The notes: generated by a model from the sequence alone, not told the origin. DNA of 32,000 bases from Candidatus Saccharimonadota bacterium (GCF_014252415.1 NZ_CP059223.1:210001-242000); one strand, 5' to 3'; numbered from the stretch's first letter, positions 23,014 through 32,000 are shown. Made by a program: numbers and translations.

Positions 23014-24055
23014 ATATTGTATATATGGAAGTTATAAAATTTGGAATCCATATAAAATATGGGGGTATATAATTTTTTGATGAAAATATATTTATAATTT
23101 CCATTAAAAATATATATAAAAATATTACAATAATTCCAATAATTATATTTTTTCCTAAATCATTTTTTCTATTTGAAGAAATAGATAAACCTAATATTGT
23201 AAATATTAATGCAGAAAAAGGTAAAGCAATTCTTTTATGATATTCATTTAAATAAATATTTTTATCTGTATTATTTATTTTAATTATTTTGTTTAATTCA
23301 TTTATACTCATATTCTCAGAAACATAGTCATCCGGACTTAATTCATCAGGACTTGATGTGATTTTTAATATTTTATATAATCCACTTTTAGACGAGTCAT
23401 AGTTTTTATTAAAAAAAATTTCCTTATAATTATATACTATATAATATTTATTTTTTTTAGACCAGAAAATATATTTAGACTTTAGTAAGTAGATTAAATT
23501 TTTATTATCAAACACTTCATATACACATTTATGTCCTACATTATTAATTCTTGAAAAATTTTTTATAAATAAATATTTATTTTTATCTATTTTAGCTGTT
23601 AAAGCTTCATTATTACCATATAATTCTTTATAAGAACTTACTAAATATTGAGAATGAAATTTATTTTTTTTTTTATTAACTGTTGGTAATACATAAAAGT
23701 TAATTATTAAATTAATTAATCCTATTATAAAAGCAAATATTAAATAAGTAATAGCTATTCTTCCATAGCTAATTCCATTAGCTAATAAAGTAGTAATTTC
23801 TGAATTTTTTGTAATTTTAGATGTAAAAAATATTATAGATAAGAAAAGAGATATGGAAGAAAATGTATTAATTATCCATATAGACCAAAATGGATAATAA
23901 TCAATTATTGCATTTTTTATAGAAGAATTATTATTGTCTAATCTATGTATCCTTTGTGGAATATCTATAATTACACATATAATTTGCATTGAAATTGTAA
24001 AAAAAATAAAATATTTTATAAAATTTTTAATCAAATAACAATCTATTATTTTCAT
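22985..24055 (-). CDS. LptF/LptG-family LPS export permease (YjgP/YjgQ)
   Basis: 356 aa. N-terminus MKIIDCYLIKNFIKYFIFFTISMQIICVIID, TM segments at both ends, and a central periplasmic beta-jellyroll-sized region. This is the typical family layout. I cannot tell LptF from LptG. Confidence 0.7.
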   Translation of the reverse strand: MKIIDCYLIKNFIKYFIFFTISMQIICVIIDIPQRIHRLDNNNSSIKNAIIDYYPFWSIWIINTFSSISLFLSIIFFTSKITKNSEITTLLANGISYGRIAITYLIFAFIIGLINLIINFYVLPTVNKKKNKFHSQYLVSSYKELYGNNEALTAKIDKNKYLFIKNFSRINNVGHKCVYEVFDNKNLIYLLKSKYIFWSKKNKYYIVYNYKEIFFNKNYDSSKSGLYKILKITSSPDELSPDDYVSENMSINELNKIIKINNTDKNIYLNEYHKRIALPFSALIFTILGLSISSNRKNDLGKNIIIGIIVIFLYIFLMEIINIFSSKNYIPPYFIWIPNFITSIYTIFIYCKRNNE

Positions 24056-25185
24056 TGTAATCTATTTTTTAAAAATGGGATCATCTTATTTTTCCAAGTA
24101 GAAAAATTATTATTCATAATATGAAATCTAGCTTTTTCTAATAAATTTTTATAAAAAAATAAATTGTGTATGGAAGCAATCTCTTTTCCTATACTATCTT
24201 TAGATATAAATAAATGTCTTAAGTAAGATTTACTATAAAATTTATCTACATGAGAATTTCCAAGTTTATCTATACAAGAATAATCATATTTCCATTTTTT
24301 ATTCTTAATATTGATAATTCCGTTCCAAGTAAACAACATTCCATGACGTCCGTTTCTTGTTGGTATAACACAATCAAACATATCTATTCCAAGAGATATA
24401 TGTTCTAGTATATCAGATGGTTCACCTACTCCCATTAAATATCTAGGTTTTTTATATGGTAATTTATTAGTTAATAAATTTATTATTTTATATGTTTTTT
24501 CTTTTTTTTCTCCCAAACTCAATCCTCCTATTGCATAACCCTCTATTTCCATTTCAGAATTATAAATTTTATTGATAAAATTTTCTCTTAATTCTGGATA
24601 TACACTACCTTGTATAACAGGAAAAAAACTTTGTTTATGATTATAAAATTCCGGATTTTTTTTTAAAAAAAAATAACATTTATTCATCCACAAAAACGTT
24701 CTTTCCATTGAAATTTTAGCAGTGTTAAAATCACATGGAAAAGTTGGACAATCATCAAATGACATAATAATATCTCCACCTATAAAACGTTGAATTTCCA
24801 TAGATTTTTCTGGAGAAAAAAAATGCGTAGAACCATCTATTACAGATTTAAATTTTACTCCTTCATCAGTAATTTGATTAATTTTTTTCATAGAAAAAAC
24901 TTGATAACCACCACTATCTGTGAGTATAGATTTTTTCCAATTCATAAAAGAATGAAGACCTCCTGATTCATATAGAATTTTTATTCCTGGATTAAAATAT
25001 AAATGATATGCATTTCCTAGAATAATATTAGATGTTTTATTTAGTTCTTTATTAAGAATAGATTTAACAAAACCTTTTGTAGCTACTGGCATAAAAACAG
25101 GAGTTTCTATTTCTCCATGATCTGTTTTTAATAAACCTGCTCTAGCTTTAGATGATTTATCTGTTTTTTTTAAAAAAAATTTCAT
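24052..25185 (-). CDS. tgt: tRNA-guanine transglycosylase (queuine tRNA-ribosyltransferase)
   Basis: 377 aa with ARAGLLKTDHGEIETPVFMPVATKG, LTDSGGYQVFS and FDCVIPTRNGRHG. Confidence 0.9.
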   Translation of the reverse strand: MKFFLKKTDKSSKARAGLLKTDHGEIETPVFMPVATKGFVKSILNKELNKTSNIILGNAYHLYFNPGIKILYESGGLHSFMNWKKSILTDSGGYQVFSMKKINQITDEGVKFKSVIDGSTHFFSPEKSMEIQRFIGGDIIMSFDDCPTFPCDFNTAKISMERTFLWMNKCYFFLKKNPEFYNHKQSFFPVIQGSVYPELRENFINKIYNSEMEIEGYAIGGLSLGEKKEKTYKIINLLTNKLPYKKPRYLMGVGEPSDILEHISLGIDMFDCVIPTRNGRHGMLFTWNGIINIKNKKWKYDYSCIDKLGNSHVDKFYSKSYLRHLFISKDSIGKEIASIHNLFFYKNLLEKARFHIMNNNFSTWKNKMIPFLKNRLQ

Positions 25186-25207
25186 AAAATAACAATAATG
25201 AGTATAT

Positions 25208-25215
25208 TATCTTTG
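25208..25215 (+). promoter_or_regulatory. Candidate -7 box (TATCTTTG) upstream of rsmH / the dcw cluster
   Basis: Exact TAnnTTTG match 47 nt upstream of the ATG at 25262. Confidence 0.3.
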
Positions 25216-25261
25216 TTTATTAATTTACTAATATGATGAAATGAAAAATTAAATAAAATAT

Positions 25262-26161
25262 ATGACTTATAAAAAACAAAATCATATACCAGTTTTATTA
25301 AAAGAAAGTATAGAAAATCTTATTACAGATAAAAATGGAGTTTATGTAGATGCGACTTATGGATTAGGAGGGCATTCATTTTCAATTTTAGAAAAATTAG
25401 GAGAAAAATCTATATTAATAGCAATTGATCAAGATAAGGAATCTATAAAAAAAAATTTTATAAAAGATAAACGTTTTTATTTATTTCATAATAATTTTAT
25501 TTATATAAAAGATATTTTAAATTTTTTTTCTATGAAAAAAGTTTCAGGAATATTGGTAGATCTCGGATTATCTTCTTTTCAAATTGAAAATTTATCAAGA
25601 GGTTTTTCTATGAAAGAAAATTGTATATTAGATATGAGAATGAATCAAGAATCTAATAATTATAATGCTCAAAATATAATTAATGAATATTCAGAAAAAC
25701 AATTGTGTCAAGTTTTACAAACGTATGGAGATTTTACAAATGCAAAAAAAATTGTAAAAAAAATATTAGATAAACGTGAAAATAAAAAAATTTGTACTAG
25801 TTATGATTTAAAAAATATTTTTTTTATAAAAGGATCTTTAAAAAAAAGAAATAGATTTTTTTCAAGATTATTTCAATCTATCCGAATAGAGGTTAATAAC
25901 GAAATTTTTATGTTAAAACAATTATTATATATATCATCTGAATTAATTTCAAAAGGAGGTAGATTAGTTATAATTTCGTACCATTCTGTTGAAGATAGAA
26001 TAATAAAAAATTTTTTAAAAAAAGGAATTTTTTTAAAAAAAAATATATGTTATACACCATTTAAAATAATAAATAAAAAAGTGATTAGGCCTACAATTGA
26101 TGAATTAAGAAATAATTATAGATCAAGAAGTGCAAAATTAAGAATTGCAGAAAAATTATGA
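25262..26161 (+). CDS. rsmH: 16S rRNA (cytosine1402-N4)-methyltransferase
   Basis: 299 aa with HIPVLLKESIENL, YVDATYGLGGHS, ILVDLGLSSFQ, ISYHSVEDRIIKNF and SRSAKLR. Confidence 0.9.
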   Translation: MTYKKQNHIPVLLKESIENLITDKNGVYVDATYGLGGHSFSILEKLGEKSILIAIDQDKESIKKNFIKDKRFYLFHNNFIYIKDILNFFSMKKVSGILVDLGLSSFQIENLSRGFSMKENCILDMRMNQESNNYNAQNIINEYSEKQLCQVLQTYGDFTNAKKIVKKILDKRENKKICTSYDLKNIFFIKGSLKKRNRFFSRLFQSIRIEVNNEIFMLKQLLYISSELISKGGRLVIISYHSVEDRIIKNFLKKGIFLKKNICYTPFKIINKKVIRPTIDELRNNYRSRSAKLRIAEKL

Positions 26162-26164
26162 ATT

Positions 26165-26392
26165 TTGCAAAAAAAAAAAATTGAAAAATATTTTATGTAT
26201 TTTTTAAAGGGTACGTTTTTAGTAGAAAAAAATTCATATCATACTTGGATTTTTATATTATTTATTGTTATTATATCTTTCATTATTATTACTAGTTCAC
26301 ACATAATGGATTATAATATAAAAATAATTTCAAAATTGTATCATGAAATTAAAAAATTAGAATATTATGAAAAAATGATTTTTTTAAATTAA
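26165..26392 (+). CDS. FtsL-like cell-division protein (flavobacterial type)
   Basis: 75 aa. YFLKGTFLVEKNSYHTWIFILFIVIISFIIITSSH is followed by a coiled-coil-like KLYHEIKKLE, matching my recollection of flavobacterial FtsL-like proteins (ILKGKFLV...W.FI...SSH). It sits directly after rsmH. The track start is a TTG at 26165; an ATG alternative is at 26195. Confidence 0.65.
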   Translation: MQKKKIEKYFMYFLKGTFLVEKNSYHTWIFILFIVIISFIIITSSHIMDYNIKIISKLYHEIKKLEYYEKMIFLN

Positions 26393-26404
26393 AAATTAAT
26401 AATC

Positions 26405-26587
26405 ATGAGAGAAAGATATTTGCTATTATATAAATCTTATTTAGTTAGTTTATTATTTATATTCATTGCCATATTAATCATTTACAATTTAATTAGTATT
26501 CAAAATAATTCAGATAAATATAAAAAATATGTATTAAAAAGAATAAATGATTTAAAATCATTTCGTCATTCTTTTTTTAAAAATTAA
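26405..26587 (+). pseudogene. ftsI: Relic N-terminus of ftsI (class B penicillin-binding protein 3); the transpeptidase body is deleted
   Basis: 60-aa ORF occupying the ftsI slot between the ftsL-like gene and murE. It has a short cytoplasmic stub, one TM helix (LVSLLFIFIAILIIYNL), then ISIQNNSDKYKKYVLKR, resembling the start of flavobacterial FtsI. The whole slot is 236 bp, against the roughly 2 kb needed for a full PBP3. Confidence 0.6.
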
Positions 26588-26628
26588 CATTAAAAAATGT
26601 TAATTCTATTTTTATTAAAAAAAATAGT

Positions 26629-28107
26629 ATGAAAAAAACATTAAAATATGTTTTAAATGGAGTAAACATATTAAATATAATAGGAAAATATGATAACAAA
26701 TCAATAAATGGAATATGTATAAATTCTAAAAATGTAAAATCTAATACAATATTTATTGCAAATAAAGGAATCAATACAAATGGAAATTTGTTTATAAAAC
26801 AAGCTATTTATAATGGAGCTAGTGTGATTGTTTGTGAAAAACATCCTCTATTTATATATAAAAATATAACTTATGTAATTGTTCATGATTCTAAAGAAGC
26901 GTTAGGAATTATATCTTCTAACTTTTATAATAATCCAACAAAAAAAATAAATTTAATAGGTATTACTGGGACAAATGGAAAAACAAGTGTAGCTGTTATA
27001 TTACATCAATTATTTTCTAATTTAGGAGAAAAAAATATTCTTATTTCTACCATAGGTATTAAAATATCATCTAAAATATATTATACTGAATATACAACTC
27101 CTAATATTATTGAGATTAATAAATATTTAAACTTATCAATAAAAAAAGGATGTAAATATGCATTTATGGAAGTAAGTTCACACGGAATTGATCAAAAAAG
27201 AATTTCTGGATTATTTTTTAAAGTAGGAATATTTACGAATATTACTCATGATCATTTAGACTATCATAAATCGTTTAATGATTATTTATTTGTTAAACAA
27301 CAATTTTTTAATCAATTAACAAAAAAATCTTTTTCTATAATCAACATTGATGATAAAAATTATTCAAAAATAATAGAAGGTAGTGTAAATAAAATTTATT
27401 TTTATGGAATTAATAATAAAAATGCAGATTTTAAAATAAAAATATTAAATAAATCTTTTAATGGTACTAAAATTCTTATTAATAATAAAAATAAAATAAA
27501 TATTAATTTTATTGGAAAATTTAATGCTTATAATGTTTTAGCGAGTTATGCAGCTTCTGTTTTATTAGGAATGAATTATAAAATTATTTTAAAAAATTTA
27601 AGTTTATTACACCCTGTAATGGGGAGATGTGAACAGTATGTATCAAAATGTGGAAAACGTATAATAATTGATTATGCACATAATCCAAATGGACTAAAAA
27701 ATGTTATAAATTCTATTAAGGAAATAATAAAAAATATTAATATTAATTTAATATGTGTAATAGGATGTGGAGGAAATAGAGATATTTCAAAACGATCTAT
27801 TATGGGAAAAATTGTTAATGAAATGTGTAATATATCTATATTTACATCAGATAATCCAAGAAAAGAAAATCCATTAAATATAATAATGGATATGAAAAAA
27901 CTTCTTTCTATAAAAGAAAAAAAATCTATTATTACTTTTATTGATAGAAAAACGGCAATTCATTACGCAATTAAATTATCAAATAAAGGAGATATTATTT
28001 TAATAATGGGAAAAGGACATGAAAATTTTCAAGAAATAAATGGAATAAATTATCCATTTAATGATATGAAAATTGTAAAAAATTTTTTAGAAAAAAATAA
28101 TGATTAA
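26629..28107 (+). CDS. murE: UDP-N-acetylmuramoyl-L-alanyl-D-glutamate--2,6-diaminopimelate ligase
   Basis: 492 aa with GITGTNGKTS, HLDYH, and DYAHNP. The DNPR motif (TSDNPRKENP) is characteristic of meso-DAP-adding MurE. Confidence 0.9.
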   Translation: MKKTLKYVLNGVNILNIIGKYDNKSINGICINSKNVKSNTIFIANKGINTNGNLFIKQAIYNGASVIVCEKHPLFIYKNITYVIVHDSKEALGIISSNFYNNPTKKINLIGITGTNGKTSVAVILHQLFSNLGEKNILISTIGIKISSKIYYTEYTTPNIIEINKYLNLSIKKGCKYAFMEVSSHGIDQKRISGLFFKVGIFTNITHDHLDYHKSFNDYLFVKQQFFNQLTKKSFSIINIDDKNYSKIIEGSVNKIYFYGINNKNADFKIKILNKSFNGTKILINNKNKININFIGKFNAYNVLASYAASVLLGMNYKIILKNLSLLHPVMGRCEQYVSKCGKRIIIDYAHNPNGLKNVINSIKEIIKNININLICVIGCGGNRDISKRSIMGKIVNEMCNISIFTSDNPRKENPLNIIMDMKKLLSIKEKKSIITFIDRKTAIHYAIKLSNKGDIILIMGKGHENFQEINGINYPFNDMKIVKNFLEKNND

Positions 28108-29242
28108 TCATTACATTATTTTTAGATCTTTAATTTCTATTTTTTTTTCTTTTTTTTTATCATTTTATTTATATAAATGGATGATAATTTGGAATAAAAA
28201 GAATAATTTTATAACAGAAAATATACGTCATTTAGGTATTAAAGGTGAAAAAAAGAAGATAGGTATTCCTACTATGGGAGGATTAATTATAATAATTTCT
28301 ACACTAATTCCTACTGTATTATTTTCTTATTTAAATAATATTTATATTATTATATTAATTATTACTACTGTATGGATGGGACTTATTGGTTTTTTAGATG
28401 ATTTTATTAAAATCAAATATAATAAAAATGGATTGAGTATTATTGAAAAAATATTAGGTCAAATAATTATTGGGGTTTTTATTGGAGCTATTATGTATTT
28501 TAATCCATCTATTAATAGATCCGTAAATAAAAATTTTTTATTCGAAAAAAATAAATATGGATTTAAAACAACAATACCAAGATTTTTTAAAAAAAATAAA
28601 AATGAATTTAATTATTCTAATTTATTAAATTGGTTTAAGAAGGATTTAGATAAATATACATGGATTATTTTTATACCAGTTATTATTTTTATAATAGTTT
28701 TTATATCTAATGGATCTAACATAACTGATGGAATAGATGGATTAACAGCTGGAGTTTCACTAATCATATTAGTGACATTAATTTTAATATCTATTATTTC
28801 AAGCAACAAAAATTATTCTAGTTATTTACATTGTATTTATGTTCCAAATATAGATGAGACAATAATATTTTCAATCTCTATGATTGGATCTTTAATAGGA
28901 TTTTTATGGTATAATACTTATCCAGCACAAATTTTTATGGGAGATACTGGTAGTCTTACTCTAGGTGGAATAATATCAGTATTATTAATTATGAATAGAA
29001 TAGAATTTATTTTTCCTATTTTATGTGGTATATTTTTAGTTGAAAATTTATCTGTAATTATACAAGTACTTTATTTTAAATATACTAAAATTCAATATAA
29101 AATTGAAAAAAAATTTTTTTTAATGTCTCCAATACATCATCATTTTCAAAAATTAGGTTATCATGAAAATAAAATATGTATTCGTTTTATTATTTTTCAA
29201 ATAATTTTATCTATTTTATCAATAATTTTTATAATTATGTAA
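28100..29242 (+). CDS. mraY: Phospho-N-acetylmuramoyl-pentapeptide transferase
   Basis: 380 aa polytopic membrane protein with PTMGGL, GFLDDFIKI, NGSNITDGIDGL, FMGDTGSLTLGG and PIHHHF. Confidence 0.9.
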   Translation: MINHYIIFRSLISIFFSFFLSFYLYKWMIIWNKKNNFITENIRHLGIKGEKKKIGIPTMGGLIIIISTLIPTVLFSYLNNIYIIILIITTVWMGLIGFLDDFIKIKYNKNGLSIIEKILGQIIIGVFIGAIMYFNPSINRSVNKNFLFEKNKYGFKTTIPRFFKKNKNEFNYSNLLNWFKKDLDKYTWIIFIPVIIFIIVFISNGSNITDGIDGLTAGVSLIILVTLILISIISSNKNYSSYLHCIYVPNIDETIIFSISMIGSLIGFLWYNTYPAQIFMGDTGSLTLGGIISVLLIMNRIEFIFPILCGIFLVENLSVIIQVLYFKYTKIQYKIEKKFFLMSPIHHHFQKLGYHENKICIRFIIFQIILSILSIIFIIM

Positions 29243-29256
29243 CAATCATAATTTTA

Positions 29257-30651
29257 ATGAAAAGAAAATATATAACAATCCTAGGAGGGGGAGAAAGCGG
29301 TGTAGGAGCAGCTTTATTAGCTAATAAAAATAATTTAAAAGTATTTGTATCAGATTCAGGAATCATAAAAAATAAATATAAAAAAATTTTAATAAAAAAC
29401 GATATTTTATTTGAGGAGAATGGACATACAGAAAATTTTATTATAAATGAATCTATAAAAATTATTAAAAGTCCTGGTATTTATAAAAATAATTATTTGA
29501 TAAATAGAATTAATTTAATGAAAATCCCCATAATATCTGAGTTAGATTTTTGTATGAAATATATAAAAGAATATAATTATTTAATAGGTATTACTGGTAG
29601 CAATGGTAAAACTACTACTAGTTCAATACTATATAATATTCTTAAAAAGAATAAATGTAATGTAGGACTAGCGGGTAATATAGGATTTAGCTTTTCTAGA
29701 AAAATTTTAGAAAAAAAAAATATTTATGTTTTAGAAATTAGTAGTTTTCAATTAGATGATTCTTACAAATTTCATGCAAATATAGCCATTTTATTAAATA
29801 TTACAAATGATCATTTAGATAGATATGAAAATAATATAGAAAAATATATGATATCTAAATTTAGATTGACTAATAATCAAACAAAAAAAGATATTTTTAT
29901 TTATAATTATGATGATCCCATGATTAGAATAGGATTAAAAAAATTTTTTTTAAATATAAAATCTAATTTTATTCCTTTTTCTGCAAAAAGAAAATTAAAA
30001 TTTGGATTTTATATAGAAAAAAATATTATATGTTACCAAGATAAAAATAATAAAATTCACAAAATTTTCAACGTTAAATATATATATGGTTTATATAATA
30101 TATATAATATCATTGCTATAATAATTGTTTCTAAATTATTAAATATTAATAATAATGTTTTAAATTCGGTTTTAAGTAATCTTAATTCGATAGAACATCG
30201 ATTAGAAAAAATTAATTATATAATAAATGGAGTCAATTTTATTAATGATTCGAAGGCAACAAATGTTAGCTCTACATTTTTTGCATTAGAAAAAATCAAA
30301 GGTCCTATTATTTGGATAGTAGGTGGAAAAGATAAAGGTAATAATTATAAAGAATTAGTACCTATAGTTAAGAAAAAGGTAAAAGCTATAATATGTTTAG
30401 GTATAGATAATATTAAAATTATTAATATGTTTAAAAACATTGTTCATATTATATTAGAAACAAAAAGTATGAAAAAAGCAGTTTATATTTCTTATAGTTT
30501 ATCTAAACCTGGATATAATATATTATTATCTCCTTCTTGTTCTAGTTTTGATTTGTTTGATAATTATATAAAAAAAGGAAATGAATTTAAAAAAGAAGTA
30601 AAATATCTTTTTTATAATAGAAAAAATGAAAAAAATAAATATTTTTATTAG
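29257..30651 (+). CDS. murD: UDP-N-acetylmuramoylalanine--D-glutamate ligase
   Basis: MKRKYITILGGGESGVGAALLA (N-terminal Rossmann fold), GITGSNGKTTT, NITNDHLDRY, NDSKATN. The ORF track starts at 29176 inside mraY; the canonical start is the ATG at 29257. Confidence 0.9.
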   Translation: MKRKYITILGGGESGVGAALLANKNNLKVFVSDSGIIKNKYKKILIKNDILFEENGHTENFIINESIKIIKSPGIYKNNYLINRINLMKIPIISELDFCMKYIKEYNYLIGITGSNGKTTTSSILYNILKKNKCNVGLAGNIGFSFSRKILEKKNIYVLEISSFQLDDSYKFHANIAILLNITNDHLDRYENNIEKYMISKFRLTNNQTKKDIFIYNYDDPMIRIGLKKFFLNIKSNFIPFSAKRKLKFGFYIEKNIICYQDKNNKIHKIFNVKYIYGLYNIYNIIAIIIVSKLLNINNNVLNSVLSNLNSIEHRLEKINYIINGVNFINDSKATNVSSTFFALEKIKGPIIWIVGGKDKGNNYKELVPIVKKKVKAIICLGIDNIKIINMFKNIVHIILETKSMKKAVYISYSLSKPGYNILLSPSCSSFDLFDNYIKKGNEFKKEVKYLFYNRKNEKNKYFY

Positions 30652-31774
30652 TAATTATTTAAGAGGAGATAAATATTTATGGGCTTTTATATCTTTATTA
30701 ACTATATTTTCTTTTTTACCAGTTTATTCTGCAATCAGTAGTTTTACAATTAGATATTGTAAAGGGACTTATACAATATTTTATTGTTTATTAAAACATA
30801 TTTTTTTTTTATTAGTAGGATATTGTATTCTTTTTTTTACACAATTTATTCATTATAAACATTTCTATAAAGTATCTATATTTTTAATTTTTATATCATT
30901 TATTTTACTTATTATTACAGTTTTTCAAGGTAAAAAATTAAATGGAGTTAATGCATCTAGATGGTTACATATTCCTATTATTAATGTATCATTTCAAACT
31001 TCTGGTATAGGAAGTTTATCTATATTTATGTATTCTGCAAGATTTTTATCAAAATATAAAAAAAATAAATTACACTTTATAAAATTTTTTATAAATTTTT
31101 TATTACCTGTATTTATGATTACAGGGTTAATTTTTCCTTCTAACGGATCTACAGCTATTATCATTTTTATATCTGTTCTAATTATACTTTTCATAAGTAG
31201 ATCTTCTACAAAAGATGTAATAACATTTTTTTTATTGGGAATATTTTTATCAACTACATATATTTTTTTTGTTACAAAATATTCTAATGAAAATAGAGTT
31301 TTGACATGGAAAAATCGTATAGAAAAATTTTTAAAAAATGAAGATACTTATCAAATAATACAGTCTAAAACTGCTATTATTATGGGAAAGACATTCGGCC
31401 TTGGACCTGGTAAAAGTATAATTAAAAACTTTCTTCCATTATCTTATTCAGATTTTATTTATGCCATAATTATAGAGGAATATGGATTACTTGGTGGAAT
31501 TATATTACTATTTATTTATTTACTTATATTATTTAGAATAATGGTCATAGCTACAAAAGTAAAAAATTATTTTTGTACACTTTTAGTATTTTCTGTAGGA
31601 TTTCCACTAATGATACAATCATTTGTTAATATGGGTATTACAGTAGGAATTTTCCCTATAACTGGACAAACACTACCATTAATTAGTGCAGGAGGTACTT
31701 CTATATGGATTACATTTTTTAGTTTTGGTATTATATTAAGTATTAGTAGAACTATATATGAAAAATCTAATTAG
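30626..31774 (+). CDS. ftsW: SEDS-family peptidoglycan polymerase / cell-division protein FtsW
   Basis: 382 aa, about 10 TM segments, with SDFIYAIIIEEYGLLGG and TGQTLPLISAGGTS. It sits between murD and murG. Confidence 0.85.
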   Translation: MKKINIFISNYLRGDKYLWAFISLLTIFSFLPVYSAISSFTIRYCKGTYTIFYCLLKHIFFLLVGYCILFFTQFIHYKHFYKVSIFLIFISFILLIITVFQGKKLNGVNASRWLHIPIINVSFQTSGIGSLSIFMYSARFLSKYKKNKLHFIKFFINFLLPVFMITGLIFPSNGSTAIIIFISVLIILFISRSSTKDVITFFLLGIFLSTTYIFFVTKYSNENRVLTWKNRIEKFLKNEDTYQIIQSKTAIIMGKTFGLGPGKSIIKNFLPLSYSDFIYAIIIEEYGLLGGIILLFIYLLILFRIMVIATKVKNYFCTLLVFSVGFPLMIQSFVNMGITVGIFPITGQTLPLISAGGTSIWITFFSFGIILSISRTIYEKSN

Positions 31775-32000
31775 TAACAATATCAATCCAAAAATTATTA
31801 TTGGATGTGGAGGCACTGGGGGGCATATTTACACAGGTGTAGCTATTGCAAATGGAATAAAAAATAAAATTCCGAAATCTAATATATTATTTATCGGATC
31901 TAAAAATCATATGGAAATGAAAGAAATTCCAAAATATGGATTTAAAATTAAAGGAATTTGTTTATCTGGGGGAAGAAATAAACTTGTATCTATATATTCA
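31758..32000 (+). CDS. murG: UDP-N-acetylglucosamine--N-acetylmuramyl-(pentapeptide) pyrophosphoryl-undecaprenol GlcNAc transferase, N-terminal part (runs off the window)
   Basis: My own translation from the ATG at 31758: MKNLISNNINPKIIIGCGGTGGHIYTGVAIANGIKNK..., with the G-loop GGTGGH. It overlaps the ftsW end by 17 nt. It is absent from the ORF track because it is open-ended. Confidence 0.85.
   Translation, partial: MKNLISNNINPKIIIGCGGTGGHIYTGVAIANGIKNKIPKSNILFIGSKNHMEMKEIPKYGFKIKGICLSGGRNKLVSIYS

Noticed and set aside
1-32000. Possible alternative genetic code (UGA read as Trp), as in some tiny endosymbiont genomes
   Set aside because: All conserved genes are full-length under the standard bacterial code. 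Conserved Trp positions use TGG (for example WWYGHN in CcoN and the 11 repeat Trp codons), and rsmH ends at a TGA. There is no evidence for recoding.

Overview
Extremely AT-rich (about 20% G+C by eye, not computed), very compact window. The proteins are K/N/I-rich, and several gene pairs overlap or sit 1 bp apart. The content looks like core chromosome of a genome-reduced Flavobacteriales (Bacteroidota) insect endosymbiont of the Blattabacterium/Sulcia type. The lineage markers are a fused ccoN-ccoO, a flavobacterial FtsL-like gene, a split transketolase and TAnnTTTG -7 boxes. The species cannot be named from sequence alone. Gene order: trpE (partial, -), gcvH, then a cbb3 oxidase block (ccoI, ccoS, ccoNO, ccoQ, ccoP, fixH) followed by maeB on the + strand. 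A minus-strand block follows: murI, rpsT, tRNA-Glu(UUC), aroA, a mazG-like gene and the two transketolase halves. Next come smpB, an unusual repeat-tailed outer-membrane barrel protein, tatC (-), ychF, an M42 peptidase (-), dapF (-), htrA, an lptF/G-family gene (-) and tgt (-). The window ends with the head of the dcw cluster: rsmH, ftsL-like, a 60-aa ftsI relic, murE, mraY, murD, ftsW and murG (partial). I recognise no transposase, integrase, phage, CRISPR, toxin-antitoxin or defence genes. The most unusual object is the 553-aa protein at 15992-17653. It has a signal peptide and a small OM beta-barrel followed by a ~350-aa charged tail built from two near-perfect in-frame tandem repeat arrays: about 16 hexapeptide units (18 bp each) and 11 Trp-containing polybasic units (27 or 30 bp each). 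The second notable point is that ftsI (PBP3) is reduced to an N-terminal stub while ftsW and the mur genes remain intact. ccoG and mraZ also appear to be missing from their usual syntenic positions. All functional calls rest on motif recognition in the supplied translations and my own translation of the open-ended ORFs; no database search was run.
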